This document shows positions 1 through 9,716 of a stretch of DNA of 64,000 nt, one piece after another. The translations under genes and the position numbers were made by a program. Source of the DNA: Candidatus Hodarchaeota archaeon (GTDB lineage: Archaea; Asgardarchaeota; Heimdallarchaeia; Hodarchaeales; Hodarchaeaceae); the NCBI GenBank assembly GCA_016840035.1, contig JAEOTC010000121.1, positions 69,591 through 133,590 of the forward strand. The letters are read 5' to 3'. Each line of letters starts with the position of its first letter. Position 1 is the stretch's first letter. Under the pieces are notes generated by a model. That model did not search any database. It was not told where the DNA came from and saw only the letters and a list, made by a program, of their open reading frames with translations.

Positions 1-1177
1 GAAGGCTGGATTTGTCACGGTTTCTTGCTTTTGGATTCTTATTACTGGATTAGTGCGTATTCCTTTTCTCTATGGAAGTATTTTTTCTCCTTTTTCAAAT
101 CTTGATTTCCTTTCTGTGTACTTTGACTACTTTATTGACCCGTTATTCCTATTTCTGTGGAGTATCTCAAATATCTTTTTAGTACTCTTTTTGCTTTTTG
201 TTTCGTATATTGAGGGTATAAAACTTGATAAAGATGTTCTAAATTCTCCCCTAATTCTTTTTGGCTTATTCTCGTTAGGACCTGTTATTATCTTTACTTC
301 TGAAAGGATTTTTAATTTTACCAAGCTATTTCTAGGTAATGGTTTTTCACAACTCTCCTATATAGTCTTTTTCCTCTTTATAGCCAAGTTTATAATTACT
401 CCGTTGTTGGGTAGAAGAGCAGGAAATTTAGAGATGAAACGCATTATAGATTTAGATATTTCGTCCAAGGTTGACAACATTAGGCCGAAAATAACAATAA
501 AATTCCATAAAACTCGATTTTTAAAGTATATGAAGAAAGTACAAGCTTCTCTTATACTGCTATTCCTGTTCTCATTATTACTTCCATTGTCTCCGGTTTT
601 TATTATGAATCTTTACAAAACTCCCCAAATAAGCATTAATCTTGACCGGAACTATGCTGATAACGAATCTATGAATGTCATGAATCATGTTGAGGCATTA
701 CCCTTACAGGATCTAGCGAGAATTGACTCTGATAATATCATGACAAATCATACATTAACAGAGCGATTGAAATTTATCGAAGATGCCCAAATGATGGATA
801 TATTCTATTTATTTCGTCGGTCACCCTCCAGTATTTCATTAACATGGCGTGTCAGTATTAAGGATCTAAGTTCAGTTTTACTTGATACTAATAATCTTGA
901 GACTATAATAGAAACATATTCTGCCTTGGACTGGTGGTTTATTGAGGAAGCATACTTCGTCTACTGGGTGGATGGGGATCTTCGTGACGACCATGAATCA
1001 TTTAATTCTTCCGAATTGTACGCTAAATGGCTATATGTCGGATATTATTATTGGTATACCAATAGTGGATCAATCTTTGGTGGAAGCTCCACCACTGTGA
1101 ATCAAATTGTGTTCCTCGATAGTAATCTTGATCCAATCTGTCTTTTTTTTGATGAACCTCATTACGGTTATCTCTAG
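1..1177 (+). CDS. Multi-pass membrane protein of unknown function, probably 5'-truncated by the window edge
   Basis: The ORF 53..1177 frame is open back to position 2; several hydrophobic helices are followed by a soluble C-terminal domain. Confidence 0.7.
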   Translation, partial: KAGFVTVSCFWILITGLVRIPFLYGSIFSPFSNLDFLSVYFDYFIDPLFLFLWSISNIFLVLFLLFVSYIEGIKLDKDVLNSPLILFGLFSLGPVIIFTSERIFNFTKLFLGNGFSQLSYIVFFLFIAKFIITPLLGRRAGNLEMKRIIDLDISSKVDNIRPKITIKFHKTRFLKYMKKVQASLILLFLFSLLLPLSPVFIMNLYKTPQISINLDRNYADNESMNVMNHVEALPLQDLARIDSDNIMTNHTLTERLKFIEDAQMMDIFYLFRRSPSSISLTWRVSIKDLSSVLLDTNNLETIIETYSALDWWFIEEAYFVYWVDGDLRDDHESFNSSELYAKWLYVGYYYWYTNSGSIFGGSSTTVNQIVFLDSNLDPICLFFDEPHYGYL

Positions 1178-1242
1178 ATGATAGATCTGTATCCTTGAAA
1201 CACTTGAGAAAAGCTAAAAGGATTCCCCTTAAATTAGGGCAT

Positions 1243-2214
1243 ATGAAGTCTTTGGGGATTTTTCATTCATCTGGATTAATTACAAACAATGTTATTCATA
1301 TCGATCTTGAGCAGTATAATTCTACAGAAGTTTGCTCTGCGTTCTTGGTCACTACTCCGGAATCGAACGTAATTTTAGATTGTGGGACTTCGAATGATGT
1401 TCCTACATTATTAACACATATAACAACGAATTTACGAATTTCTCTCAAGAAAATTAAGTATCTGATTCCTACACATTACCATTTTGATCATTTTGGGGGA
1501 GGATGGTTCTTATGGAAACAAATTAAAGAGTACAATCCAGAAGTAAAGATTTTAACAACGTTGAAGACAAAAGAGCAACTTCAAGAACCCACACTTCACA
1601 TGAAAAGAGCAGGTCGAACCTTTGGTAACATGATTGGGGAAATGCAAGGGATTCCAGAGGAAGCGTTTGAAATAATATTCCCAGATGAAGAAATCTTATT
1701 ACCTGGATTTAATGAAACCCAGTCATTGTCTTTAGTACCGTCTCCTGGCCATTGTGATGATCATGTTTGTCCCACATTGTTCAATAATTACGAAACAGAG
1801 TTTATGTTTCTGGGGGAAGCTGCAGGTACTAGAATGAACCCTAAGAACTTACTTACATTAGGGACAAGTATGCCCCCTGAATTTAATTTTACCACTTATG
1901 TACAAAGTTTGGAACGTTTAATAAAGTTTAACCCGAAAAATATTGGATTAGGTCACTTTGGAGTAATAAAAGGTCAAGAATTTGCTCTTCAGCTGATGAA
2001 AGAAAACTTAGAATTTACTCATCATTTTCGAACATTTGTTAAAGATAAGTATGAAGAGAAAAATGAAACCAAATGGATTGTTGATCAGTTTATTGAACAT
2101 GAATTGGAAGGACGTGTAGATCCATCACAGATCGATATGAGATTTCTTACACGGATTATTGTCGCTCTTGTTTATGGTCAGCTGATTGATCTTGGATTTC
2201 GTAAACCAAAATGA
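1243..2214 (+). CDS. MBL-fold metallo-hydrolase
   Basis: THYHFDHFGG (HxHxDH), PGHCDDH and GHFG motifs; ATG at 1243 preferred over TTG at 1195. Confidence 0.9.
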   Translation: MKSLGIFHSSGLITNNVIHIDLEQYNSTEVCSAFLVTTPESNVILDCGTSNDVPTLLTHITTNLRISLKKIKYLIPTHYHFDHFGGGWFLWKQIKEYNPEVKILTTLKTKEQLQEPTLHMKRAGRTFGNMIGEMQGIPEEAFEIIFPDEEILLPGFNETQSLSLVPSPGHCDDHVCPTLFNNYETEFMFLGEAAGTRMNPKNLLTLGTSMPPEFNFTTYVQSLERLIKFNPKNIGLGHFGVIKGQEFALQLMKENLEFTHHFRTFVKDKYEEKNETKWIVDQFIEHELEGRVDPSQIDMRFLTRIIVALVYGQLIDLGFRKPK

Positions 2215-2232
2215 AAGGAGTTTGAAGCTTTC

Positions 2233-3174
2233 ATGACCTTATATGAAGAACAGAATCCCAAGGACATCGAATATTCTCAAGTAATTTCTGAAATCAGTAA
2301 GTTTCTATCAAACATCAAGGATTCAGATGTGAAGTTCATCTATCATGGTACATATAACGTTTTCACTGTGAAGGATGAGTATATTTTCCGTATCCCGGAC
2401 AGAACCTTACGAAATCAAAAGGGGATTCAATTAATAAAACGAGAAGTAGAAGTTCTCCAATTTTTAAATTCTAATATGTCTATGTCGATTCCAGAGCCGA
2501 AATTTACGAATTACGATGAAAAAACTCCAATGATGGCATATAAGAAACTACCTGGGATTTCACTATCTAGATGTATTAATGAACTAGAAGAAACCTGTCT
2601 TGAAACAATAGCAAGAGACGTGGGAACATTCTTAACTCAGTTACACTCAAAAAATCTTCTAGAAAAGTCTGTTGGCCTCTTCAAGCTAAATGATTTAGAT
2701 TTTCTTTCATATTATCGGAATGTTTGGGAAAAAGAATATCGAGAGGTAAAACAACTAGCTTGGACCTCTCTTAGTAATCAACAGAGAAACTGGTTAGACT
2801 CTCTCTACAATAGTTTTTTTTCCAAAATTCAAGGATATACGTTTGATCCAACAATAATTCATGGAGATTTTGATACGTCAAATATCCTGGTCAACCCTGA
2901 AACCTGTGAACTTTCAGGTATAATTGACTTTGAAGAAGCAAGTATATTTGATCCTGCAGCTGATTTCTTATTTTTCCGAGAGGGAAAATTATTTCTTGAC
3001 GTAATTATGGACTTTTATGAGGGAGAAATAGATGAAACGTTCCATGAACGAATGCAATTTCTCTTTTCAAGAGCTTGCGTTCCATACATGATTTATGGCG
3101 TTAAGAATAACCTTCCCTCTCTGGTTGATGCTGGTTTGGAACTTCTCTCGGACCGAATGAAGTTTTTTCCTTGA
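2233..3174 (+). CDS. Aminoglycoside phosphotransferase/choline kinase family protein
   Basis: Brenner motif HGDFDTSNILV and GIIDFEE; SD-like AAGGAG upstream. Confidence 0.85.
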   Translation: MTLYEEQNPKDIEYSQVISEISKFLSNIKDSDVKFIYHGTYNVFTVKDEYIFRIPDRTLRNQKGIQLIKREVEVLQFLNSNMSMSIPEPKFTNYDEKTPMMAYKKLPGISLSRCINELEETCLETIARDVGTFLTQLHSKNLLEKSVGLFKLNDLDFLSYYRNVWEKEYREVKQLAWTSLSNQQRNWLDSLYNSFFSKIQGYTFDPTIIHGDFDTSNILVNPETCELSGIIDFEEASIFDPAADFLFFREGKLFLDVIMDFYEGEIDETFHERMQFLFSRACVPYMIYGVKNNLPSLVDAGLELLSDRMKFFP

Positions 3175-3190
3175 TTTCTTTTTCCTATTC

Positions 3191-4033
3191 TCAGCTCAAG
3201 GAGAATTGGGTTTTTTCATGAGAAGAAATTCTACAAATTGAGTTTAAACCTTTTCTCCTTAGAAACTTCATAGTAGATTCAAAAGCATATCCAACATCAT
3301 CTGGTCGATGGGCATCGCTACTCATAACTAACGGGATCTTTCTCTGGATTAATTCGTTGATGATCAGTTTATTAGGATACAGTTCATTTCCTGGTTTTCT
3401 TAATCCCGAAGTATTAATTTCTACAGCCATATTGCTGACTTCAAGCGCATCTAGCACTCGAAATACGCGCTCATTTATCAGATCCAAATTTTCTGGGATA
3501 AAACCAAGTTTCCTTATCACATCAAAATGTCCAAGGACATCATAGTAATTACTCTTAACCAAATCAAGTAATTCATCGTAATAAGCAAGGAGTAAGGAGT
3601 CTGTCCCATTGTCATTCTGTTTCAATTCGTTTGGAAGTGAAAATGAACTATCAATTGGAATAATATACCCATTCCACGAACAACCGTGTATAGATCCGAT
3701 TAAATAGTCTAAATCAGGTAAAATCGGCTTTAATGCCTGTTTATATTGTGATAATATCGGTTTATGAAAGTCTACCTCAAAGGCAATTTTTGTTTCAATT
3801 TTTGAACTAAACTTCTTCTTTAACTCCTTTGCAGAGTTTAGATATGAGTTTAATTGTGAAATACTCATTGCATATTTATGAAACTGGGAAGGTAACAGGT
3901 GCATCGGAAAATGACCACTTAATCCGATCTCAGGAAGTCCCAGAGATATTGCAGCGTGAATATAATCACTCAATTGTCCAGTGGCATGATTACAAAGGAA
4001 TGAATGTGTGTGGTAGTCACCAGGAAGAGACAT
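3191..4033 (-). CDS. PHP-family histidinol-phosphatase (HisJ/HisK-like)
   Basis: DYHTHSFLCNHA, GSIH, GHFD, EINTSG and SSDAH motifs. Confidence 0.85.
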   Translation of the reverse strand: MSLPGDYHTHSFLCNHATGQLSDYIHAAISLGLPEIGLSGHFPMHLLPSQFHKYAMSISQLNSYLNSAKELKKKFSSKIETKIAFEVDFHKPILSQYKQALKPILPDLDYLIGSIHGCSWNGYIIPIDSSFSLPNELKQNDNGTDSLLLAYYDELLDLVKSNYYDVLGHFDVIRKLGFIPENLDLINERVFRVLDALEVSNMAVEINTSGLRKPGNELYPNKLIINELIQRKIPLVMSSDAHRPDDVGYAFESTMKFLRRKGLNSICRISSHEKTQFSLS

Positions 4034-4207
4034 TGTGGATCTGATCTCCGAATTTTATAGTAAGAAGTAAATAGGTGCGGTTCAAACGTTTAATTGTGAG
4101 GTTTACAAGCACTCGCTAACTGGATGTTAGGTAGGTATTTCGTATTGTATTTAACCAATCAGAATAGAGCTACATTATACATTTCACACTTATTTCTGGG
4201 TCGATAA

Positions 4208-5911
4208 ATGATGACAATTTTCGAAGATGCCGAGAAACTGTGGAAAACTTATGTTGGGCATAGAAAATGGGCCTCCACAGTTTTTGGTGAAACTTGGTAT
4301 GTACGGTATCCTGTAGATACTATAGGAACAGAAGAAGCAAAAACTTACAAACGATCATTATTCTTAGGTGATGATTCTGTGCACGCGTGGGAGGCGACTG
4401 GTGTCCGTCACAAGATTATACAAAGATTAATCGATAGTACCGAATGGAAGATTCGTCCATGGTATGGAGATCTCGGATTTTTTGCGGATCAAATAAGATT
4501 CCTGCCTCCAATGCCAGAGAGTGAACTGGATTTTGTTGTAAGAAAATCTCTGTTGGCCGAAGATCACTTCTCCAGTCGAGACCGGTTTAAGGAAACTCGA
4601 ATAGAACTTCTTAGCTTTTTAGATCCAGACTTGACAGAAAGGCCTGAACAATCGTTTTTATATGATATTAATAGACCAGAGGACATTGCAAAGAAGTATT
4701 CTAAATGCCAGATAGAACTGTACGGATTATTATTCATTATAATAACAAAACTTTATACATTGACTGATGAGGAGATTTTGGAAGTTATAGATTTTCTTTT
4801 TGATGTGGAAACTGCTGATCAGTTATTGGTACGTCGATTCATTCATCCAAATAAAGATGATAACAGACCATTCATTGGAGAGCAAAATCCTCATACAAAG
4901 TTAAAACCAAATTTCCTCCTTCGGTATATTGCAGGGGAAAATCGTGAATTTTACCCCTTTCGAATCTTTCATCTATGGTTACGTTTATTATTAGCATTTG
5001 ACGCGAAGGCTGTTACTAAGATAGAAGATATGGAAATCGATATTGTTGATACATTTTCAGATATTGAAACAATGAAGGAAGCTCTGCTATACGCTATTAA
5101 ATTAAACCAGTTTAATACAGTAAAAGATAATTTTAAGGCTAGATTAAGAAGTGAATATGCACAACAACGAAATTATAGTGGGTATATGTCGGAATTTATT
5201 CATATCCTCCAGAGTCAAAAAGAACTCTTTATGGATAAACCAAATTCTCTTGTACTATCACTAATCGATTCTGCAAATTACCAACCTCAGTTTTTATGTC
5301 GAGAATTAGGGGATACAATGACCTCTTCAGTCTTGAAGAATCTAGGGAGACAAGTCCCCGAACCTGAGGGTGTAAGTAAGATTCAATCAAGATTGATTCT
5401 TAATCGAAGAATACACAATCTTGAAAAACATGTTTTAACTGATGAAATCGAAGCTGAACTCTTGGAGAAAGTAACTAGTATGTTTACATACCTTGGGAGT
5501 GATACAGAGGAGCAAGCAATTGAAGATACTTTTAAATTAACCTATGACACGTTGGTTCCAAGAGGAGAAGTTTACTTTAGTGAATTAGAAAAAGAAGTCA
5601 AAGCTGCGCTTACTGAAACGGGTGACATGGATATTAGAAAGGAATTGATGGAAACTACGGATACACCGCAGAATTTAGCTAAACAATATGGAAATAAAGC
5701 TTTAAATTTAGTTGATGATGATGCTTCCATTGCAGAAATTTACTCAAGTATTTTAGCATTAAAAAGCACAGAATTGGCTTTTGGAGGAGGAAAGATTTCT
5801 ATTCTGCAACAGAGGAAGATAACCCAATCATTTATTGATTTATTTAAGGAAGAGTTTAGATTTCTAGAATTATTAACGAAAATCTCCACTGAAGGAGTAC
5901 AGGAGGAATAA
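4208..5911 (+). CDS. Hypothetical protein, 567 aa, mostly helical; first gene of a three-gene GTPase operon
   Basis: Long ORF with no recognisable motif; 4-nt gap to the next gene. Confidence 0.8.
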   Translation: MMTIFEDAEKLWKTYVGHRKWASTVFGETWYVRYPVDTIGTEEAKTYKRSLFLGDDSVHAWEATGVRHKIIQRLIDSTEWKIRPWYGDLGFFADQIRFLPPMPESELDFVVRKSLLAEDHFSSRDRFKETRIELLSFLDPDLTERPEQSFLYDINRPEDIAKKYSKCQIELYGLLFIIITKLYTLTDEEILEVIDFLFDVETADQLLVRRFIHPNKDDNRPFIGEQNPHTKLKPNFLLRYIAGENREFYPFRIFHLWLRLLLAFDAKAVTKIEDMEIDIVDTFSDIETMKEALLYAIKLNQFNTVKDNFKARLRSEYAQQRNYSGYMSEFIHILQSQKELFMDKPNSLVLSLIDSANYQPQFLCRELGDTMTSSVLKNLGRQVPEPEGVSKIQSRLILNRRIHNLEKHVLTDEIEAELLEKVTSMFTYLGSDTEEQAIEDTFKLTYDTLVPRGEVYFSELEKEVKAALTETGDMDIRKELMETTDTPQNLAKQYGNKALNLVDDDASIAEIYSSILALKSTELAFGGGKISILQQRKITQSFIDLFKEEFRFLELLTKISTEGVQEE

Positions 5912-5915
5912 TTTT

Positions 5916-7862
5916 ATGGTAGACTTGTCAAATATTGAAAATCAATTAGAAGAAGAATATGGAGAATTAGGCGTCAATTATCTTTTTCCACAATTAGACA
6001 TCATTCGTTCTGCACGTAATCTACCATCAAATATTGAAGATGCACAATTAATGACTGAGAAACTCTTCATGTCGTATCAAATGATTGAGCAATGGTTAGC
6101 TCCAGTAATCGTTCCTATTAATGACAATTTGTTTGGTTTAGAAACACATCTACATGATCTACAAACCCAAATAAAGCATTATATTGCACAAGATGAGATT
6201 TCATATTGGAACGATGTTGTCAACAGTGAAAATGCTAGCGTCAAGTCTCTATTTTCTGATATTAGTTCGTTACGCAAATATATTCTAGACCAACGTCTGA
6301 AATTACTCCAATCTGCTCATCGTCAAGAATTACCTGAACTCTTCGGTTTGGTTCTTTGGCCTTATAGTGAATATACTGATGTCAAGGATGCGATCAATGA
6401 TGTTCGGAATATCTATTTCGGACCGAATAATCACTATCGTAAACAAAATGTGTTAACAGATGCTCTAATGCTAACTGCTTTATCAGAGGATGTTTTAACT
6501 CACAAAACTCAAACAAAACAATCATTCCATCATATTGATAGTTTAATCGAGACCTCACTAACCTTCCGACGTATTGAAGAGCAATTTGAATGGTCAAAAT
6601 ATCAACGGGATCCCAGTGATGGACATTTTACTGAAGGTCAGGTGTTTTCGATCATGGATAGTTTGATGCCAGGATATCCACGTGATCAGCTGAGAAAAGG
6701 GTTGAATACTTTCTATGATTCATCATTAGATAAGTATCCTATCGGAAAATTTATTGCGTGGCTTTCTGATGTAATGCGAATGAAAACTATGAGTAAAAGT
6801 GAGGGGGATGATCAACCAGGAGAATTACGTTTGAAAAAAGAACATTTACTCGGCCTGGCTGTAATGGATAAACATAGGAATAGTGAAATCCTCGGCAATA
6901 TTGGGAATTTGCAGGGTACTTTTGACCGGATCCTTGCTCCATTTCATGAATTAAAACAAAATAACGCATTTATGCAGAGTTCACAGTTCGTGATCGATAA
7001 TGTCGTAGAAATTCCTTCACGAGCATGGATATACGATTATAGCGGTGTGGAAACAGAAATATTGCGATCAACACTATTTATGTTGAGTGATCGTCAACCT
7101 AAATTTGATGTACTAGAAATTTGTCAAAAGCTCGCGAATATTGTATTATCTGGAAGAGTAGACAGAAATGATTTGGTGGACGGTAATTATGTTCGCACAA
7201 ATAAGTTACCTATTCGATTATGGAATTCTATAAGCGAGCAGTTAATGAAAATTCTTGAAGAAACACTCATTCACGAAGAGATTCACTCGGTAAGGCTTTT
7301 GAAAAAAATCTTCTCCAGTGAAGATACCACCTCACTAATTACTGCAAAGAAATTTGTACCAATCTTTCAGGTAAAGACAGATTTTAAACGCGGAATCTAT
7401 CATGATGAGAAAGGATTCCAAGCTGAATCTATGAGCATTTGGGTTCGTTCAGGTTTTCATTTTGAATACCGTTATGCCCAAATGGCAGGTTATCCCTGGT
7501 TTTTTGATACTAATCTTTTACTTGAGTCTCTTGTTATTGAAGCATTATCCCTTCCGTCCTTTAAGGTTTCATCTCTACATGAGAATGTCAAATTACGTCA
7601 GACAGTATTTATTGTCGATGATTTAACATACATAGTATATTACGACCCGACTCCTGAAGGAATTTCGGTATTGGCATTTAAAGAAGTTGATATCATGGAC
7701 GAAGCAGGTATTGATCCTGTGGAAATTGTGTATCGACCACATAAATACCTTTCTTTAGGACCAGACAAAAATAATTTGCAATTGGTCTTGGAAAATGCGC
7801 GTGCGAGCGACCCAAAGGACCTTATGACCGTTATTGGGAATATAAAATATAACTGGAGTTAG
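5916..7862 (+). CDS. Hypothetical protein, 648 aa; second gene of the GTPase operon
   Basis: Long ORF preceded by AGGAGG; helical N-terminus and beta-rich C-terminus. Confidence 0.8.
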   Translation: MVDLSNIENQLEEEYGELGVNYLFPQLDIIRSARNLPSNIEDAQLMTEKLFMSYQMIEQWLAPVIVPINDNLFGLETHLHDLQTQIKHYIAQDEISYWNDVVNSENASVKSLFSDISSLRKYILDQRLKLLQSAHRQELPELFGLVLWPYSEYTDVKDAINDVRNIYFGPNNHYRKQNVLTDALMLTALSEDVLTHKTQTKQSFHHIDSLIETSLTFRRIEEQFEWSKYQRDPSDGHFTEGQVFSIMDSLMPGYPRDQLRKGLNTFYDSSLDKYPIGKFIAWLSDVMRMKTMSKSEGDDQPGELRLKKEHLLGLAVMDKHRNSEILGNIGNLQGTFDRILAPFHELKQNNAFMQSSQFVIDNVVEIPSRAWIYDYSGVETEILRSTLFMLSDRQPKFDVLEICQKLANIVLSGRVDRNDLVDGNYVRTNKLPIRLWNSISEQLMKILEETLIHEEIHSVRLLKKIFSSEDTTSLITAKKFVPIFQVKTDFKRGIYHDEKGFQAESMSIWVRSGFHFEYRYAQMAGYPWFFDTNLLLESLVIEALSLPSFKVSSLHENVKLRQTVFIVDDLTYIVYYDPTPEGISVLAFKEVDIMDEAGIDPVEIVYRPHKYLSLGPDKNNLQLVLENARASDPKDLMTVIGNIKYNWS

Positions 7863-7867
7863 AAAAG

Positions 7868-8971
7868 ATGTCAGATACACGTGAAGAATCAATTAATGCG
7901 GGAAGATTTCTCGTAGTTGGGACACAAGCTGGTGGAAAAACAGCCTTAGTTACGAAACTAGCAGCACGTACGGATCAATCAATGAGATATGAAGAAGATT
8001 TCGGAGGAACAATCGAGACAGAATACTTACGAATATCATTCGATGAAGGAAAATTCTTCAGTTTATTGTTACCAGTGGGAGGACAGGAAAAATGGCAAAA
8101 ATTACGTGAACGATTTGGTAGTACTGCAGAAGGAATGATAGTCATATTAGATTCTTGCACTAAGAAGTTTTGGGTTAACTCTTTATCACAAGCATCTTCC
8201 ATCTCTTCCTTTTTACCTTATGATAATTATCCAATTGCTGCGGTTATTACAAAACGCGATTTAAACGATGTTATTCGAAAAGAAGCTGAAAATTTCGCTC
8301 AAGCTATTATGGAGGGATTAGAACAGGCTAAGACCGCTCCAATCGTGTATTATAGTCGTGGATTTCGGATTACCGAAAGGAAAATCCACCTCTTAAGCGA
8401 TGTTCTACCATTCACAACTCTAGAACAAGTGATTGTCAATAGTCTTGAATCCAAGTATTTCTCAAACTTGGTTCCAGGTAATGCCCAACAAGGGAAAGTC
8501 CTACTTCCTGGTTTTAGTTTAGTAAATTGTCGAATTTTTAGTCGTGCATTAACTCAAGAGTTATGTACTTCTACAGGAGGGGATCAAATGCAGGTACTCA
8601 GTTTATTGAATGATATGCGTCCGAGTATGCTCGAATTAGATACGAGTTGGGTAGATTTACTCCAGAAATACCCTAAAGCAGGTGCAGAACCTCAAGTAAA
8701 TATGGCTGAATTATCAGTAGATGTAATAAAAAAGGCAATACTGAACAATCTGTTAGCCAGTGAAACTGATATCAATAATTTTACATCAGAACTTAAAACT
8801 CTCTCTTCCAAAACTGGATGGAAAGTTAGTGGTCACGAACATCTATCAATTTTTGAGGAAGAAGGATTAGAATCAGGGGCCGCTCTTATAAATCAGATGA
8901 TGGTAGATGTAAAAGAAAGTGTACGAGTAGACAAGTTTAATCTCTTCAATCCTATTGAAGAGTTATTCTAG
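7868..8971 (+). CDS. Atypical small GTPase (MglA/Ras-superfamily-like) with a large internal insertion
   Basis: G1 GTQAGGKT, G2 GGTIET, G3 variant PVGGQEKW, ILDS, G4 TKRD and a distant G5-like HLSIFEEEG. Confidence 0.75.
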   Translation: MSDTREESINAGRFLVVGTQAGGKTALVTKLAARTDQSMRYEEDFGGTIETEYLRISFDEGKFFSLLLPVGGQEKWQKLRERFGSTAEGMIVILDSCTKKFWVNSLSQASSISSFLPYDNYPIAAVITKRDLNDVIRKEAENFAQAIMEGLEQAKTAPIVYYSRGFRITERKIHLLSDVLPFTTLEQVIVNSLESKYFSNLVPGNAQQGKVLLPGFSLVNCRIFSRALTQELCTSTGGDQMQVLSLLNDMRPSMLELDTSWVDLLQKYPKAGAEPQVNMAELSVDVIKKAILNNLLASETDINNFTSELKTLSSKTGWKVSGHEHLSIFEEEGLESGAALINQMMVDVKESVRVDKFNLFNPIEELF

Positions 8972-8985
8972 TATCTATTGTGCCA

Positions 8986-9460
8986 TTATGGAAGAGCATT
9001 GAGGGAAATTAAGGGGGGAGAATTACTAAAGGAGAACATGGTTTTTTCATTGAATTCCTCTAGTGAATATTGCTGCCCTTCCTCATCTCTTATATGGAAG
9101 CGTGATTCCTTCACAAGGATTTCAAATACATCCACTGCCATGGTCGGATAAAATGTATTATGACTTAGCACTCCAAGAGATATGATTTTAGTATTGGTTG
9201 GGGAGGAAATTCGCTCAAGATAGAAGTGTGAATTCATGTCACAAAAGATAGAAAATAATAATATAATCGGGGATGTTACCTAAGAATTATGACGTTGAAC
9301 TAGATTCATCAAAATAATACCAGATATTTTCATCGGTTTCAAACTTAATAAGATTCCAAAAGTCAATAATGATTCAATAAATCCCGGAATTACCCCCTGT
9401 ATATCTATTGACAAGGATGTTAACAGGAAAAAATTAATAATAACTAGAATCCTATAAAAA
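8986..9460 (-). pseudogene. Possible decayed membrane-protein gene (includes ORF 8986..9237)
   Basis: The frame of ORF 8986..9237 continues upstream through hydrophobic codons with a single TAG at 9280-9282. Confidence 0.3.
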
Positions 9461-9716
9461 TCCTAACATATTGATTTTTAAATACTCTATCAACAAATAA
9501 GCACTTTACGTGTTTAACGGAATGCACCCAAGGAATTTTCAGGTCAGGAAATTACATCGACTGTTCTAGCAAAGGAGAATTGATGAGTTCTTTTCTATAT
9601 TATCTGAAGAGTGTTCGAAAATCGAAGGAAATCCACACTTATGGAGTAAACTAAATCAAACCACCAAAAAAATATAAAACTTTCAATATTTTACGTCTAG
9701 CCCCCCGGATTCGTTT

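Noticed and set aside
2233-3174. Antibiotic-resistance gene
   Set aside because: Only the APH/choline-kinase fold motifs are evident; the substrate is unknown and there is no mobile context.
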